The notes under the pieces are model-generated. The model searched no databases. It was not told the DNA's origin and saw nothing but the letters and a program-made list of their open reading frames with translations. The position numbers and the translations under genes were made by a program. A DNA stretch of 63,751 bases, the filler included, from Reticulomyxa filosa (taxonomy: Eukaryota; Protista; Foraminifera), in NCBI GenBank assembly GCA_000512085.1. It is 21 parts of 21 records of this genome, joined end to end, with 100 filler letters (N's around TTAATTAATTAA, not from the genome) between each part and the next. Parts side by side here need not be neighbours in the genome. Positions count along the whole stretch, not along the records: positions 61,698 to 63,751 come from ASPP01004191.1; 20 more parts are not named here. The stretch is one strand, 5' to 3'. Of this stretch, positions 62,542 through 63,751 are shown in pieces. Each line of letters opens with the position of its first letter. Positions within the stretch are counted from its first letter, which is position 1.

Positions 62542-63708
62542 TTACAAACCGTGAGGAGGAATTGGTATCATTCCATGATCGTGCGACAAATCATTGATTT
62601 GTTGAAACTTGGTTTTGCTTAGCCACCGCCGCGGATGTTTTTTGGTATTGAACCAGATATAGACAGCCCAGACAATGAGTGCAAGTACGGATACGACACC
62701 GACTCCAGCGCAAAAGCCCGTCAAAAAATGAGTGCTCGGAAGGGAATAGTCATAGAGCGTAGTTTGCAAATTGGCATGTGTGTGAGAAGGCAGAGCGTTT
62801 TGGGCAGAGTAGGCGGGGTTATCGCGATCGGATATGTGAGCTCCACGTAGAAAGCGTTGGAACAGTACGTAAGCCCGAATCGGTTGAAATTCAGGGACCG
62901 CATGACCTTTTCAATTTATATATATGTACATATATATATATATAAATTGAAAAGGGTCATAAAAAAAAAAAAAAAAAAGGGGAATTAACCAGCATTTCGG
63001 ACATTGACAAAGACAAATTTTTCCCACTCTTGAAACCAGCCGGCAACTTCTCCATTGACATGCCAGGATTGAAAGGAATGGATTTCCTTACCCGTGACAT
63101 TGAGTGGCAAGAGGAGATTGAAGACCCAATACCTCGTGCCGGTGTAGGCGACGACCAGGTCGTTAAGGCCACTGAAAACCAGGACTCGCACGTCGCTATG
63201 GTTCAAGATGTTGACATAAAACGGGACTTGGCTTTGCCTGCGACTGTGAATGTCGTAGCCACCCCAATAACTGCTTGCGCACGGACACCAACTCAGATTG
63301 GCCAAGTCGAGACACTGCTTTTGGCGATTGGACGGCAAGTGCACCCATTCCATGTCCACGTGCAACTGCGCCCACACTTCGGGCTGGTTCAAGTACTTGG
63401 TCATATACAAAGTGTTGCAAGGAGGGTAAGGGTGCGCCCAGATGTTCAGCTGCTGCAAGTTCGCTTCAAACTCATCGGACTCGTACAAATGTCGCAGCAG
63501 CGACTCCTCTTGCCAACTCCGCGCGCTGCAATTCTTGTCCACGTTCACGTCGTAGCGGTTTATGTCCTTCACCTGTGTCGCCGTAAAACGCAGCTTTTGG
63601 TCCTCGCATCCCTCGTCGCTTATGTTCAGCGTCGAACAGTTGCCGGAAAGCAATGCTTCGTATTGTGAAGGGTTTATTATCCCATACGTATACATTGTGC
63701 GTACATAG
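62542..63708 (-). CDS. Serine carboxypeptidase (S10) with C-terminal TM anchor (Kex1-like topology), 5'-partial
   Basis: YLNQPEV.AQLHV, VRVLVFSGLNDLVV..GT, VAGW, VRNAG|HAVP.FQP (catalytic Asp and His motifs), then TM FLTGFCAGVGVVSVLALIVWAVYIWF. Confidence 0.93.
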
Positions 63709-63710
63709 CC

Positions 63711-63751
<41 letters not shown>

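Overview
This window is not one locus. It is 21 short eukaryotic contigs joined by 20 artificial 100-nt linkers (N-run, TTAATTAATTAA, N-run), so adjacency across linkers carries no meaning. The DNA is AT-rich and intron-rich, with homopolymer and (TA/CA)n tracts in introns. The style and expanded families (NACHT, caspase-like, PUB-like) suggest a foraminiferan such as Reticulomyxa filosa; this is inferred, not checked. Hand-splicing recovers genes that the ORF track fragments or misses: a PH-domain protein, RER1, CDC50, a C2 protein, a kinase, an SLC26/SulP transporter, an ER-type ankyrin protein, TRM5, a ubiquitin fusion, FAH-like and NAT8-like proteins, cytochrome b5, a twin-CX9C protein, UBA-ANKRD13, a BLTP1-like fragment, selenoprotein S, an XK-like protein and an S10 carboxypeptidase. 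There are also several pseudogenes and transposon remnants. Top candidates for novelty: (1) a ~308-nt Pol III-style tRNA-mimic RNA at 59677-59984 whose anticodon arm is replaced by a ~240-nt multibranched domain; (2) a 10-exon gene fusing an ILEI-type domain, three Cys/His zinc-finger repeats and a GT14-like glycosyltransferase with no signal anchor; (3) a UGA-recoded selenoprotein S; (4) unusual intron grammar (GTT donors, A-rich acceptors, intronic foldbacks). All family calls come from motif recognition by eye; no database search was run.
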